A stretch of DNA of 64,000 bases from an uncultured Syntrophaceae bacterium (GTDB lineage: Bacteria > Desulfobacterota > BSN033 > UBA1163): the NCBI GenBank assembly GCA_964390545.1, contig CAYMJV010000004.1:8476-72475 (forward strand). The letters run 5' to 3'. Below are positions 29,079-37,547 of the stretch, one piece after another. Position 1 is the first letter of the stretch; each line of letters opens with the position of its first letter. The position numbers and the translations under genes were made by a program. The notes below the pieces were generated by a model. It was not told the DNA's origin. It saw nothing but the letters and a program-made list of their open reading frames with translations, and searched no databases.

Positions 29079-29101
29079 TACTGCCACCTGCGTTCTAACC
29101 C

Positions 29102-30043
29102 CTAGGTCTTCCCCTCGACGACGCTGGCGATGTGACGCACCATCTGGCGGTAGACATCGAGAAAAATGTCAGGAGAGAGAAAATAGTAAGGATTTTCATC
29201 ATAAAACGACGAAACCAGTTTCTTAGCCGCCGAGTCAACATCCCGGGTGGAGCGGTAGACCTCCTCCATCAGGGCTCGATTCTGTTTCGCCATCTCGATC
29301 GTTCTCGGAACAAAGGTTTTCGCCTCTTCTCCAGTGACGTATCCATAGTGGTCAGCACAGTAGACTTCCACTTCTAGATCCTTCAGCTTCTCGAGACCCT
29401 CCTGATATTTGGTGTAGTTGGAATTTCCAGAAGTGATGATGGTCTCATCGAATGGGATACCTCCCCCGTCTGTGGGAAAGAGGGCTTTCAGTTCAGGAAC
29501 ATAAGCCGCGATACAGCAGGAGGAATGGCCTGGGATCTCAAAAATGCAGACTTTGAAGCCTCCGAGATCGATTTGGTCCCCTTCGCGAACGGTCTTACCT
29601 GTCACATCGTTTCGCCATTCGAGATCATAGATGAAATAAGCCTCTTCCTCTTCCATCCGTTTCGCCACATTCCGGCTGAACTCATTAATTGTGGCGACGG
29701 CCTTCTCCATTTGAAGGATCTCCCAAGCCCTCGCGGAAGCATAAACCTCCGTTCGGGGAAGGCGGCGTTTGAAGAAAGGGATGACCCCAACATGATCAAA
29801 GTGAGCATGGAGGATCAGGATCTTCGAGATTTTCTCTTCGTCAATTCCAAATTCGTCAAATTGCTGAAGTATCTCCGGAACGATATAACTCATGCCTCCA
29901 CTGATGACCATCGCCCCATCTTTCCCTTGAAGTAGATAGACTCCTGACTCTTCCCGTCCCAAGAACCAGATGTGATCCCCCACCCTTCCTGGTTTTCGAA
30001 TTCTCATGATGACCTTGTCCTTTCGACTGCTTCGCTTTTCCAT
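29102..30043 (-). CDS. MBL-fold metallo-hydrolase
   Basis: LHAHFDHVG motif and a later GHSSC motif. Confidence 0.7.
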   Translation of the reverse strand: MEKRSSRKDKVIMRIRKPGRVGDHIWFLGREESGVYLLQGKDGAMVISGGMSYIVPEILQQFDEFGIDEEKISKILILHAHFDHVGVIPFFKRRLPRTEVYASARAWEILQMEKAVATINEFSRNVAKRMEEEEAYFIYDLEWRNDVTGKTVREGDQIDLGGFKVCIFEIPGHSSCCIAAYVPELKALFPTDGGGIPFDETIITSGNSNYTKYQEGLEKLKDLEVEVYCADHYGYVTGEEAKTFVPRTIEMAKQNRALMEEVYRSTRDVDSAAKKLVSSFYDENPYYFLSPDIFLDVYRQMVRHIASVVEGKT

Positions 30044-30081
30044 TTATAAGGCAGTTTCGCCGCGTTGTAAAGGTGAGGTAG

Positions 30082-31254
30082 TTATGATCGATCATGAGGT
30101 TCCTTGAAGAAGAACTTGAATCCTAAGAGGGCCAGAAGGCTGATGGCACTGATGAGCAAGTAGACGACCTCGAGGCTGGAGAACGCCAGTATGGAGGTCG
30201 CAATCATAGGCCCCAATGCAAGCCCTGTGAATCTCGCTGAATTTAAAAAGCCGATGATCCCCCCCTTCGGCTCCCTGAGAAATATGGAGATGATTAAGGG
30301 AAGGGTTGCAGCCACCAGCCCTGTCTGGATCATTCGGATCAGAGTAAAGTCGATGATTCCTGTGCTTAAAGCCATCAGGGCCTGGAAGAAGATGCTCAGG
30401 GTGAAGAGGAGGGTGATGATTCTGAAGAGTCCGTATTTTCTTGATAACCAGCCCCAGAGATAGGTGCCGATCATCGCTGTGGCCGTGTAGAGCATCACGA
30501 TGGTTCCGGCCAGTTTGAGAGCAACAGGCTTTTCAATATGAAATTGATCAAGGACATTTGGAAGGATACTTGGCAGGAACATAAGCTGGATGGAGGCGCT
30601 GAAACAGAGCATCCATCCAAGGATGACTCGCTGATCAAGGAGCGTCCATAGAGAGGATCTCAGTTCTTTCGGGAGCTTGGAGACATCGGTGACATAGAGA
30701 TAGCAGAAGATGGAAGCGGCAAATATTACAACCGATGCACTTGCGAAGGCACCCTTAAAACCTAGTGTTACTGCCGCCAGGGAACCGAGGGGAGGCCCTA
30801 CCAGTTGGCCTAACGTCATGGAGGATTGATAAATCCCCATATCTAATGATACCCTTTCCTTCAAAGACGAAGACGAGACGATAACCATCCCAATCGTTGA
30901 AATCCCTCCTATGAGTCCCTGACATATTCTGAGGATGAGCAGGACATGGAGGTTCGTCGTAAAGCCCATGAGAAAAATCATAATGGAATGGACTATCAGC
31001 CCTCTAAGATAAAGCACCTTGGGACTGAAGTGGTGAGTCATGGAACCCCAGAAGGTAGACGTGACGGCTGTGACGATACCAGAGGAACCCAGTATGGCGC
31101 CGATCCAGAGAAGAGTTTCTTCGAAAGAATAGGGGCTGATATTGAAGATATAGAAAGGCAAAAAGACATTGAGGAAATTGAAGGAGGAAGCTGCTCCGAA
31201 CTGGGAGAAAGAGATGAAAATCAGATTTCGACGACTGGGTTGTTGGGTAACCAT
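30082..31254 (-). CDS. MFS transporter
   Basis: 390-aa ORF with about 12 predicted TM segments. Confidence 0.8.
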   Translation of the reverse strand: MVTQQPSRRNLIFISFSQFGAASSFNFLNVFLPFYIFNISPYSFEETLLWIGAILGSSGIVTAVTSTFWGSMTHHFSPKVLYLRGLIVHSIMIFLMGFTTNLHVLLILRICQGLIGGISTIGMVIVSSSSLKERVSLDMGIYQSSMTLGQLVGPPLGSLAAVTLGFKGAFASASVVIFAASIFCYLYVTDVSKLPKELRSSLWTLLDQRVILGWMLCFSASIQLMFLPSILPNVLDQFHIEKPVALKLAGTIVMLYTATAMIGTYLWGWLSRKYGLFRIITLLFTLSIFFQALMALSTGIIDFTLIRMIQTGLVAATLPLIISIFLREPKGGIIGFLNSARFTGLALGPMIATSILAFSSLEVVYLLISAISLLALLGFKFFFKEPHDRS

Positions 31255-31405
31255 CTTTGTTCAAGATTTATGAAGATTCTCAATCGCTAAATCGTAGAAG
31301 AACGGACAAGAGGTGTCAAGGACGAGTTGCCCTTTTCTTGCGAATCAAGTTACGATATAGTCATCTCTTGGGTCAAAAAGAATATTTCATCTCGTGAGTT
31401 GGCCC

Positions 31406-32170
31406 ATGCTTAAGGCTATTCTCTTCGATTTGGATAACACGTTAATCTATTTTGATGAACTAACGTTTTATAAGAAATATCTCTCTCAAGTCTCTCAGGT
31501 ATTCGCCGATATCATGCCTTTCGATTTGTTTCAGAAGAAACTCCTATCGGCCACGCAGGCATTGATGGACAACCATGGGAAGATGTCCAATGCAGAGTAT
31601 TTCATGAGCATTTTCTGCAAAGGTTTTGAAGCACAGCGAGATGAAATCTGGGAACGGTTTATGAAATTTTACGAAAGGGAGTATGATCAGTTCCGAACAC
31701 TCGTCTCGGTGCCCGAGGGAATCCGTGAAGTCTTTCTTCAATTACAGAAAGAGAGCTTGAAACTTGTGATTGCCTCAAACCCCATGTGGCCCTTGGATGT
31801 GCAGATGAAACGTTTATCATGGGCTGGCCTTGGGGATTTCCATTTTGATCTCGTGACGCATATTGAAAATATGTCCTATTGCAAACCTCGCATTGAATAT
31901 TATGAAGAGATTTGTTTGAAAATGGATGAAAGGCCTGAGGCCTGTTTGATGGTTGGCGATGACCCGATCAATGACATGATTGTGGCCACCATCGGCATGA
32001 GGACTTTTCTGGTGATCGATAGCCCTCATTTCGATGAGTCATCCCTTGAAATGAGCCGGAAGATACGGATTGACCCAAAAACAGAGATCCCTGTACCGGA
32101 TTTCAAGGGGGCCCTTTCAGAGGTCCCTCACGCAGTCGATTTTTTGCTTAAGAACGGTAGACGACCGTAA
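31406..32170 (+). CDS. HAD-superfamily hydrolase
   Basis: MLKAILFDLDNTL (DxD motif) and later VGDDPINDM. The ATG at 31406 is in frame with the tracked GTG at 31394. Confidence 0.7.
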   Translation: MLKAILFDLDNTLIYFDELTFYKKYLSQVSQVFADIMPFDLFQKKLLSATQALMDNHGKMSNAEYFMSIFCKGFEAQRDEIWERFMKFYEREYDQFRTLVSVPEGIREVFLQLQKESLKLVIASNPMWPLDVQMKRLSWAGLGDFHFDLVTHIENMSYCKPRIEYYEEICLKMDERPEACLMVGDDPINDMIVATIGMRTFLVIDSPHFDESSLEMSRKIRIDPKTEIPVPDFKGALSEVPHAVDFLLKNGRRP

Positions 32171-32223
32171 GAATTTCTGTTATATAATATAGGTTGAAAA
32201 ATTGGTCTGAAGGGGGGATGTAC

Positions 32224-32484
32224 ATGAAAAATGCAGTGCCTAAAGAAGTGATCAAAGAGATTTTTCAGAGGAAGCTAAGGAGGAGGGATCTCAACGGCGA
32301 GGTTTATAGAAAACTGAGGATGATGATCGACTCCGGAAAGCTAAAGAAGGGAGAGAGGTTGATCCAAGAGAAACTTGCTCTCCAGTTCAATGTGAGCAGA
32401 CAGACGATCATCTTTGCCCTCCAACAATTGAAAAAGGATAAGTTGATCGTTGTGAAATATAAAAAAGGGGCCTTTGTCTCTTAA
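32224..32484 (+). CDS. stand-alone GntR-type winged-helix protein (no effector domain)
   Basis: LIQEKLALQFNVSRQTIIFALQQLKKDKLIVVKYKKGAFV matches the GntR HTH-wing pattern, and the protein ends right after the wing. The ATG at 32224 has a G-rich SD 6 nt upstream. Confidence 0.6.
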   Translation: MKNAVPKEVIKEIFQRKLRRRDLNGEVYRKLRMMIDSGKLKKGERLIQEKLALQFNVSRQTIIFALQQLKKDKLIVVKYKKGAFVS

Positions 32485-32635
32485 AGGAATTCGGTTTCGC
32501 TCCGTCCCTTTCATCTGTACCTGCTCCCTTTCCTACGGGAAGCTGACCTTTGCGAACTCTTTCCTTTCTTGCAGGGTTATCTTTAGGCTTCTAATCTCCA
32601 AGGAAAACGGTTTTTTTCGAAGAGACCACAAGAAA

Positions 32636-32652
32636 ATGACAAAATTTGTCAT
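32636..32652. promoter_or_regulatory. palindrome ATGACAAA-A-TTTGTCAT (candidate UAS)
   Basis: Read directly. The centre is ~84 bp upstream of the -24 GG at 32728. It has the same TGACAAA/TTTGTCA half-sites as 22488-22513. Confidence 0.45.
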
Positions 32653-32726
32653 GGTTTAGAACTATTGTTCAACATTCCTCCCTTGTAAAATCATGTAAAA
32701 TCATGCAGTTATATGCTTTTTCCATT

Positions 32727-32742
32727 TGGCACAGATAATGCA
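32727..32742 (+). promoter_or_regulatory. sigma-54-like -24/-12 element (TGGCAC-N5-ATGCA)
   Basis: Read as TGGCACAGATAATGCA with correct spacing. It lies inside the 5' end of the tracked ORF (32713), so the real start must be downstream. Confidence 0.45.
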
Positions 32743-32757
32743 ATTCAAAAATCTGCC

Positions 32758-33660
32758 ATGAAAGATTCTTTTGTTAAAAAAGAAGATGATAAGGACCTTC
32801 TCTCCTCTTTAATCAATAAAAGTGATGTCAAGCCTACCCCCCCAGAGGAAAAAAGTGCCCCAGAGGAACAGATTCCTTACTCTTTATTCAATGTTTTCAT
32901 AGAGCTCGTCCAGCGGGTCAAAGGGAGTCTCGCTGGCATGAAGACATTTGCTTTTCTCTCAAAAGATAAATTTAGTGATTTGGAATTAGGAGAGGATTTT
33001 TATCAAATCGTTTCTGAAGATATTGAGAAGACCATTTCCTTGCTGAACTGTTTCCAGGATTATCTCAATTTTAATTCCCCCATGAAAAAGATGAATACGG
33101 TGAACAACGTCATTGACGAGATCCTGAGGAATCTGGAGGATCAGATTGCAGAGAAGAAAATCAAGATCGTTAAAAAGCAGTTCGAGAAGAACCTTCCGGA
33201 AACGATCCTTCCTGATGAACAGTTGAGATATGTACTCAATTCCATCATTCAGTATATGGTCCATTCCACCCGTCCCTATGGGAGTTTAGGTTTTTTGACA
33301 CAGCAATTCGACCCACTGGGGTCGGCGGGTGAAGAAGCGGGCCTTCTTCAAAAGGATGGGACGTATATTGAGGTTCAGATTGCCTCTATGGGTGACAAGC
33401 AGAGAGAATTGCTGGACCTCGTCCCTGGAATGACCGCTGATCAGCGTGAGGACGGAGTGGATTTAATCCTGCAACTGGTTAAAGAAATCGTCCAGAGGAA
33501 CCGGGGAGCCTTGACGTTCAAAATCAATTCGCAGCAATCCATGTCCTTTCTCTCTGTTATCTTACCGATGGAGAGAAGAAAGGTCGTCCATTATCTCTCC
33601 ACGGAAGAGCGAATGAAAAGAAGTAAAATGGCAGAGCAGGAACCTTCCAAGAAACTCTGA
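32758..33660 (+). CDS. degenerate histidine-kinase-like protein (DHp without His, HATPase-like without N-box Asn)
   Basis: FIELVQRVKGSLAGMKTFAFL aligns by eye to the H-box (SHELRTPL..I.G) with Ile in place of His. LRYVLNSIIQYMVHS sits where the N-box (NLxxNA) is expected. The start is uncertain because the ATG at 32758 is only ~15 nt after the -12 element. Confidence 0.45.
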   Translation: MKDSFVKKEDDKDLLSSLINKSDVKPTPPEEKSAPEEQIPYSLFNVFIELVQRVKGSLAGMKTFAFLSKDKFSDLELGEDFYQIVSEDIEKTISLLNCFQDYLNFNSPMKKMNTVNNVIDEILRNLEDQIAEKKIKIVKKQFEKNLPETILPDEQLRYVLNSIIQYMVHSTRPYGSLGFLTQQFDPLGSAGEEAGLLQKDGTYIEVQIASMGDKQRELLDLVPGMTADQREDGVDLILQLVKEIVQRNRGALTFKINSQQSMSFLSVILPMERRKVVHYLSTEERMKRSKMAEQEPSKKL

Positions 33661-33702
33661 TTTTTTGGGATGGGTTTGGCAAATTTCTAAGGAATGAATA
33701 AA

Positions 33703-33737
33703 AAAGGGTTAACCCGATTGAGTTAACCCTTTTTTTT
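33703..33737 (+). terminator. rho-independent terminator after the kinase-like gene (shared with the tRNA-fragment repeat)
   Basis: 11-bp stem AAAGGGTTAAC / GTTAACCCTTT followed by a run of 8 T. Confidence 0.6.
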
Positions 33738-33785
33738 GGTGGAGCAGAGGAGATTTGAACTCCCGACCTCCAGAGTGCGATTCTG
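33737..33785 (-). pseudogene. 3' half of a tRNA-Ala-like gene (anticodon stem to CCA), orphan fragment
   Basis: TGGTGGAGCAGA...CGACCTCCAGAGTGCGATTCTG is identical to the intact tRNA at 36098-36146, except for a T-arm with compensatory changes (GGAG..CTCC versus CCGG..CCGG). Confidence 0.75.
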
Positions 33786-34248
33786 AAATGAGAGAGTTTG
33801 TAAACCCAGGGAGTCCAAAGGTTTCTTGGGGTTACTTTTTTTTGAGTGTATAGACAATTTGGGTAGTTTAAAGCAGTTTTTCTAGCTTTGGTGAAAAGAT
33901 GGGGAAAAGCTTTGCGGAAGGGGAACCTGTTGACGTCACCCCCTTTTCAATCGCCTTCCAGATATGGGTTCCCTACCGCCAGAGAAACTTGTCCTATTTT
34001 GCCTGGAGAACCTGAGTAGTACTTCCTCCAAATCTTGTTTTTCAATTTCTACTCTTCTATGCAACATTTCAAGTGATAATAAGGGGAATAGATCTGGGAT
34101 TTTGATTTCTTTCCCATATCGCAATCTTCAAAGAGGCGCGTATATTGACAAGCTATCCGCGGCATAGGATTGTGATCGTTGCTGGAAATGGCATCATCTT
34201 TTATGCTATTCTTTTCAATCTTGATTAAGGAAAAAAGGAGGAGATCTG

Positions 34249-35487
34249 ATGATAGACACTATTCACAACACGAGGCACAGGCCGATGCCTCTTGAGGGGA
34301 TAAAGATAGTGGAATATGGGGTCTTCCATGCTGGTCCTGGAGCTAGTTCCATCCTCGGCGACTTAGGAGCCGATGTGGTGAAGATAGAGTCAGGGTCAGG
34401 CGATCCAGAGCGTTACTGGACCAGGTTGGGACGGATTGACATGTCCCTTCCGAGCGGGGAGAACATTTTTTTCCAGATATCGAATCGTAACAAAAAGGGG
34501 ATCTATCTCGATATTGAAAAAGAGAAGGGACGTGAGATTCTCCATCGCCTGGTTAAAGAGGCAGATGTTTTTCTCACAAACCTACGCAAAAGCACCAAAG
34601 CCAAATTAGGCATTGATTATGACAGCCTGCGCCCGGTGAATCCTCAGATCATCCACGCCAATGTCTCGGGATACGGACCTGAGGGTCCGATGAAGGATCT
34701 CGGTGCTTTCGATCCTCTTGGCCAGGCCCGCTCAGGATTGATGTATGTGACCGGCGCGTCAGAGCCTGTCTTACTACACGGGGGGGTAATGGACCAGGCC
34801 ACGGCCATCGCGGCAAGCCATGCTATTTTGACTGCACTGCTCGTCCGGGAGCGCTCTGGAATGGGTCAGGAAGTCCATGTCTCCCTTTATGGCACGGGGC
34901 TTTGGCTGATGTACCCCAATATCATGTTGTCCAATGTTTTGTCGCTTGGTCCGATGGATATTTCAGCTAACCGCTACGACCACTCTCCCCTACGCAACCT
35001 TTTCCGTTGCAAGGACGAAAAGTGGATCATGGCTACACATCATCCCGAAGAGAAATACTGGCCTCTCTTCTGCAAAGCCACCGGCCAAACCGCCCTTCTT
35101 ACCGACCCTCGGTTTAAGGATAACTCGGAAAGGAAGGTTCACTGTGCCGAGTTGGTTGCCATTTTTGACAAGGTTTTTGCAACTAAGACGCGAGACGAAT
35201 GGGTGGAGATATTGCTCAAAGAAAAACTGATGGTTTGCCCTGTTCTAAACATCAATGAAATTCAGGATGATCCTCAAGCCCGGGTCAACGACTATGTGGT
35301 CGACTTTAAGGACCGCCTCCTTGGTGATGTGACGATCCCTGGCTATCCCGTACACTTTAGTGCCAATCGAGCAGGCACCCGAAGCTTCGCCCCGACTTTG
35401 AGAGAGCACACCGATCTGGTCATGCACCAGATAGGCTATACGGATCAGGAAATCCAGGAACTGAAAAAGGAAGGGGTGATTAAATAG
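34249..35487 (+). CDS. CoA-transferase family III (CaiB/BaiF-like)
   Basis: 412-aa ORF with N-terminal LEGIKIVEYGVFHAGPGASSILGDLGADVVKIE and a strong AAGGAGGAG SD. Confidence 0.85.
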   Translation: MIDTIHNTRHRPMPLEGIKIVEYGVFHAGPGASSILGDLGADVVKIESGSGDPERYWTRLGRIDMSLPSGENIFFQISNRNKKGIYLDIEKEKGREILHRLVKEADVFLTNLRKSTKAKLGIDYDSLRPVNPQIIHANVSGYGPEGPMKDLGAFDPLGQARSGLMYVTGASEPVLLHGGVMDQATAIAASHAILTALLVRERSGMGQEVHVSLYGTGLWLMYPNIMLSNVLSLGPMDISANRYDHSPLRNLFRCKDEKWIMATHHPEEKYWPLFCKATGQTALLTDPRFKDNSERKVHCAELVAIFDKVFATKTRDEWVEILLKEKLMVCPVLNINEIQDDPQARVNDYVVDFKDRLLGDVTIPGYPVHFSANRAGTRSFAPTLREHTDLVMHQIGYTDQEIQELKKEGVIK

Positions 35488-35688
35488 GGGAATGAAGAGT
35501 TGTGGCAATAAAAAATAAATTAAAGGTTCTCTTCAAAAAGTGCTTGTAATAACATGAAATAAAATGATGGCGCTGCCTTTTTTGTTTCTACATTTCAACC
35601 AACAATCTTCAATCCTCAGTTGTTATCTTAAATGACCAATAGTAGACGTACTCCGCAATCTTGCCCCACCCTCCCAAGACGCTTCTCG

Positions 35689-35717
35689 TTGACTTCTCCA
35701 ATCGACCCCCATATAAT
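35689..35717 (+). promoter_or_regulatory. sigma-70-like promoter TTGACT-17-TATAAT in a non-coding AT-rich stretch
   Basis: Read directly. There is no ORF with an SD downstream. Confidence 0.5.
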
Positions 35718-35723
35718 GCCTTC

Positions 35724-35848
35724 AAAGTTTAGGCCCTCCTTTGCTATCATCAGCTAAATTGACAAAATAACCTCTAACCATTAGGTGGATATAAGGTTTG
35801 GAGATGAATTCAAGACCCCATTTCTGAAAAGGGAATGGGGTTTTGTTT
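35724..35848 (+). ncRNA. candidate ~125-nt sRNA (promoter-to-terminator unit)
   Basis: Bounded by the promoter at 35689-35717 and the intrinsic terminator at 35815-35848. It contains only a 7-codon ORF. Confidence 0.3.
35815..35848 (+). terminator. intrinsic terminator
   Basis: Stem ACCCCATT / AATGGGGT followed by TTTTGTTT. The U tract is present on the plus strand only. Confidence 0.5.
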
Positions 35849-36054
35849 CATTTCTTGGGTTAAAGAAAAATACAGAGATAAGATTCTTGTATTGATAGGA
35901 GAAATAATGAAAGCATCTGAGGGTGTTATTTTGTTTAGTGTACTAAATATAGTATTTGGGATACTACTGATCTTGGATGTCAAATAGGAAGAGCGATGAT
36001 AGGCTGTCTTAAATAGTATTGGCAGAGGAAAATGTGGCCCCATGAGCCACGTAT

Positions 36055-36092
36055 TGAAAAAGAAAGGGTTAACCCGATCGAGTTAACCCTTT
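36055..36092 (-). terminator. terminator hairpin downstream of tRNA-Ala
   Basis: 11-bp stem AAAGGGTTAAC / GTTAACCCTTT, followed on the minus strand by CTTTTTC. Confidence 0.6.
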
Positions 36093-36097
36093 CTTTT

Positions 36098-36173
36098 TGG
36101 TGGAGCAGACCGGGATCGAACCGGCGACCTCCAGAGTGCGATTCTGGCGCTCTCCCAGCTGAGCTACTGCCCC
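36098..36173 (-). tRNA. tRNA-Ala (anticodon CGC)
   Basis: The reverse complement is GGGGCAGTAGCTCAGCTGGGAGAGCGCCAGAATCGCACTCTGGAGGTCGCCGGTTCGATCCCGGTCTGCTCCACCA. It shows a cloverleaf, the G3:U70 alanine identity pair, anticodon loop AUCGCAC, and an encoded CCA. Confidence 0.9.
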
Positions 36174-36272
36174 AAAATCTTGTTAGAGGTTACAGGTTGG
36201 AGGTTGAAGGCCAAAAAATCATTAACCCATAGTAAATAATTAGTAAAGGATTTGCCTCAAACCTCTAACCTC

Positions 36273-37133
36273 TTACCTCAAACCCTTTAGGTAGCGTTTT
36301 AGTTTCGGAGCGATCTCCGGTTGCTTTAGCCCAAAAGCGATGTTGGCTTCAAGGTATCCCCATTTGTCTCCCGCATCGTAGCGGTCGCCGATGAACTCAT
36401 ATCCGAAAACTGGCATCTCCTTTATCAATTCCCTCAGTCCATTGGTCAACTGGATTTCACCTTTGCCATCCGGCGGAACTTTTTCTAACCTATCGAAGAT
36501 CTCAGAAGGAAGGATGTATCTTCCAATGATGGCCAGATTTGAAGGGGCTGTTCCCTGCTTCGGTTTCTCAATCATCTCCTCGACGCTGTAAATCCGCTCT
36601 CTTACTTTCTTGCCTTGAATGATTCCATAGAGGTGGGTTTCTGACTTAGGCACTTTTTGAATCGCGATCACGGCCCCTCCCATCTCATCGTAGACCTCCA
36701 TCATCTGCTTGATGCAGGGGACCCTGGCATCGATCAGATCGTCGCCCAGCAGAACCGCGAAAGGTTCATTCCCCACCACCTTTTTGGCACAGAGGATGGC
36801 GTGACCGAGTCCCAAGGGTTCCTTCTGTCTGACAGAGACAAGCGTTACCATCTCCGAGATGTCCTGAACCATTTTAAGGAGATCTTTCCTTCCTTTCTTT
36901 TTGAGGTGATTCTCCAGTTCCACTGAAGTATCGAAGTGATCCTCGATAGAACCCTTCTCCCTTCCTGTGATGAGGACTACCTCTTCAATGCCTGCTGCGA
37001 CCACTTCCTCCATGATGTACTGGATGGTCGGTTTGTCAACAATGGGTAACAACTCTTTGGGGACCACTTTCGTGGCAGGAAGAAATCGTGTTCCAAAACC
37101 TGCGGCCGGAAGGACCGCTTTCTTTATTTTCAT
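36273..37133 (-). CDS. galU: UTP--glucose-1-phosphate uridylyltransferase
   Basis: AAGFGTRFLPATKVVPKELLP with full-length family resemblance. The start overlaps the receiver-gene stop (ATGA). Confidence 0.9.
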   Translation of the reverse strand: MKIKKAVLPAAGFGTRFLPATKVVPKELLPIVDKPTIQYIMEEVVAAGIEEVVLITGREKGSIEDHFDTSVELENHLKKKGRKDLLKMVQDISEMVTLVSVRQKEPLGLGHAILCAKKVVGNEPFAVLLGDDLIDARVPCIKQMMEVYDEMGGAVIAIQKVPKSETHLYGIIQGKKVRERIYSVEEMIEKPKQGTAPSNLAIIGRYILPSEIFDRLEKVPPDGKGEIQLTNGLRELIKEMPVFGYEFIGDRYDAGDKWGYLEANIAFGLKQPEIAPKLKRYLKGLR

Positions 37134-37486
37134 AAGAGCCCCAGAAGTCTGCGAATGGTTGTTTTCAATTCCGTCAGGTCAGCGCACTTAACAATGTAGG
37201 CATCAGAAGCCCAGGTGGTCAAATCCTGTTTATACTCCCCATAGGCAGAACACATGATAATAGGTAGTTTTCGATCCAATTCCCGGATCCGCTTCAGGGT
37301 TTCAATACCGTCCATTCCCGGCATCTTGATGTCGAGGGTGATGAGGTCGGGTTTGAAGATCGAGACTTTCTCCAGGGCTTCTTCACCGTTCTTGGCCACC
37401 TCCACTGAAAACCCATCCTCTTCCAGTTCCTCCGTGTAGAGAAACCGGATGCTCTCCTCATCATCCACGATCAGGATCTTCTTCAT
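37130..37486 (-). CDS. stand-alone response-regulator receiver (CheY-like)
   Basis: 118 aa with the DD...D(52)IKMPGMDG...K pattern and no output domain. Confidence 0.9.
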   Translation of the reverse strand: MKKILIVDDEESIRFLYTEELEEDGFSVEVAKNGEEALEKVSIFKPDLITLDIKMPGMDGIETLKRIRELDRKLPIIMCSAYGEYKQDLTTWASDAYIVKCADLTELKTTIRRLLGLL

Positions 37487-37547
37487 GAGTTCACCTCGCT
37501 TTTCATGAATACGCTAAGCGCCTGCCTACCGTAAACACTCTTCAAAC

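Noticed and set aside
34189-34207. TGGCAT...ATGCT upstream of the CoA-transferase as a sigma-54 promoter
   Set aside because: The GG-to-GC distance is 15 nt instead of 12, so the spacing is incompatible with -24/-12 recognition.
35810-36043. 77-aa minus-strand ORF in the islet
   Set aside because: It is AT-rich and low-complexity (S/I/T/L rich), has no SD, and overlaps the plus-strand terminator. It is probably non-coding.
36032-36232. 66-aa plus-strand ORF
   Set aside because: It overlaps the terminator and the whole tRNA-Ala gene on the opposite strand, so it is an artefact of the open frame.
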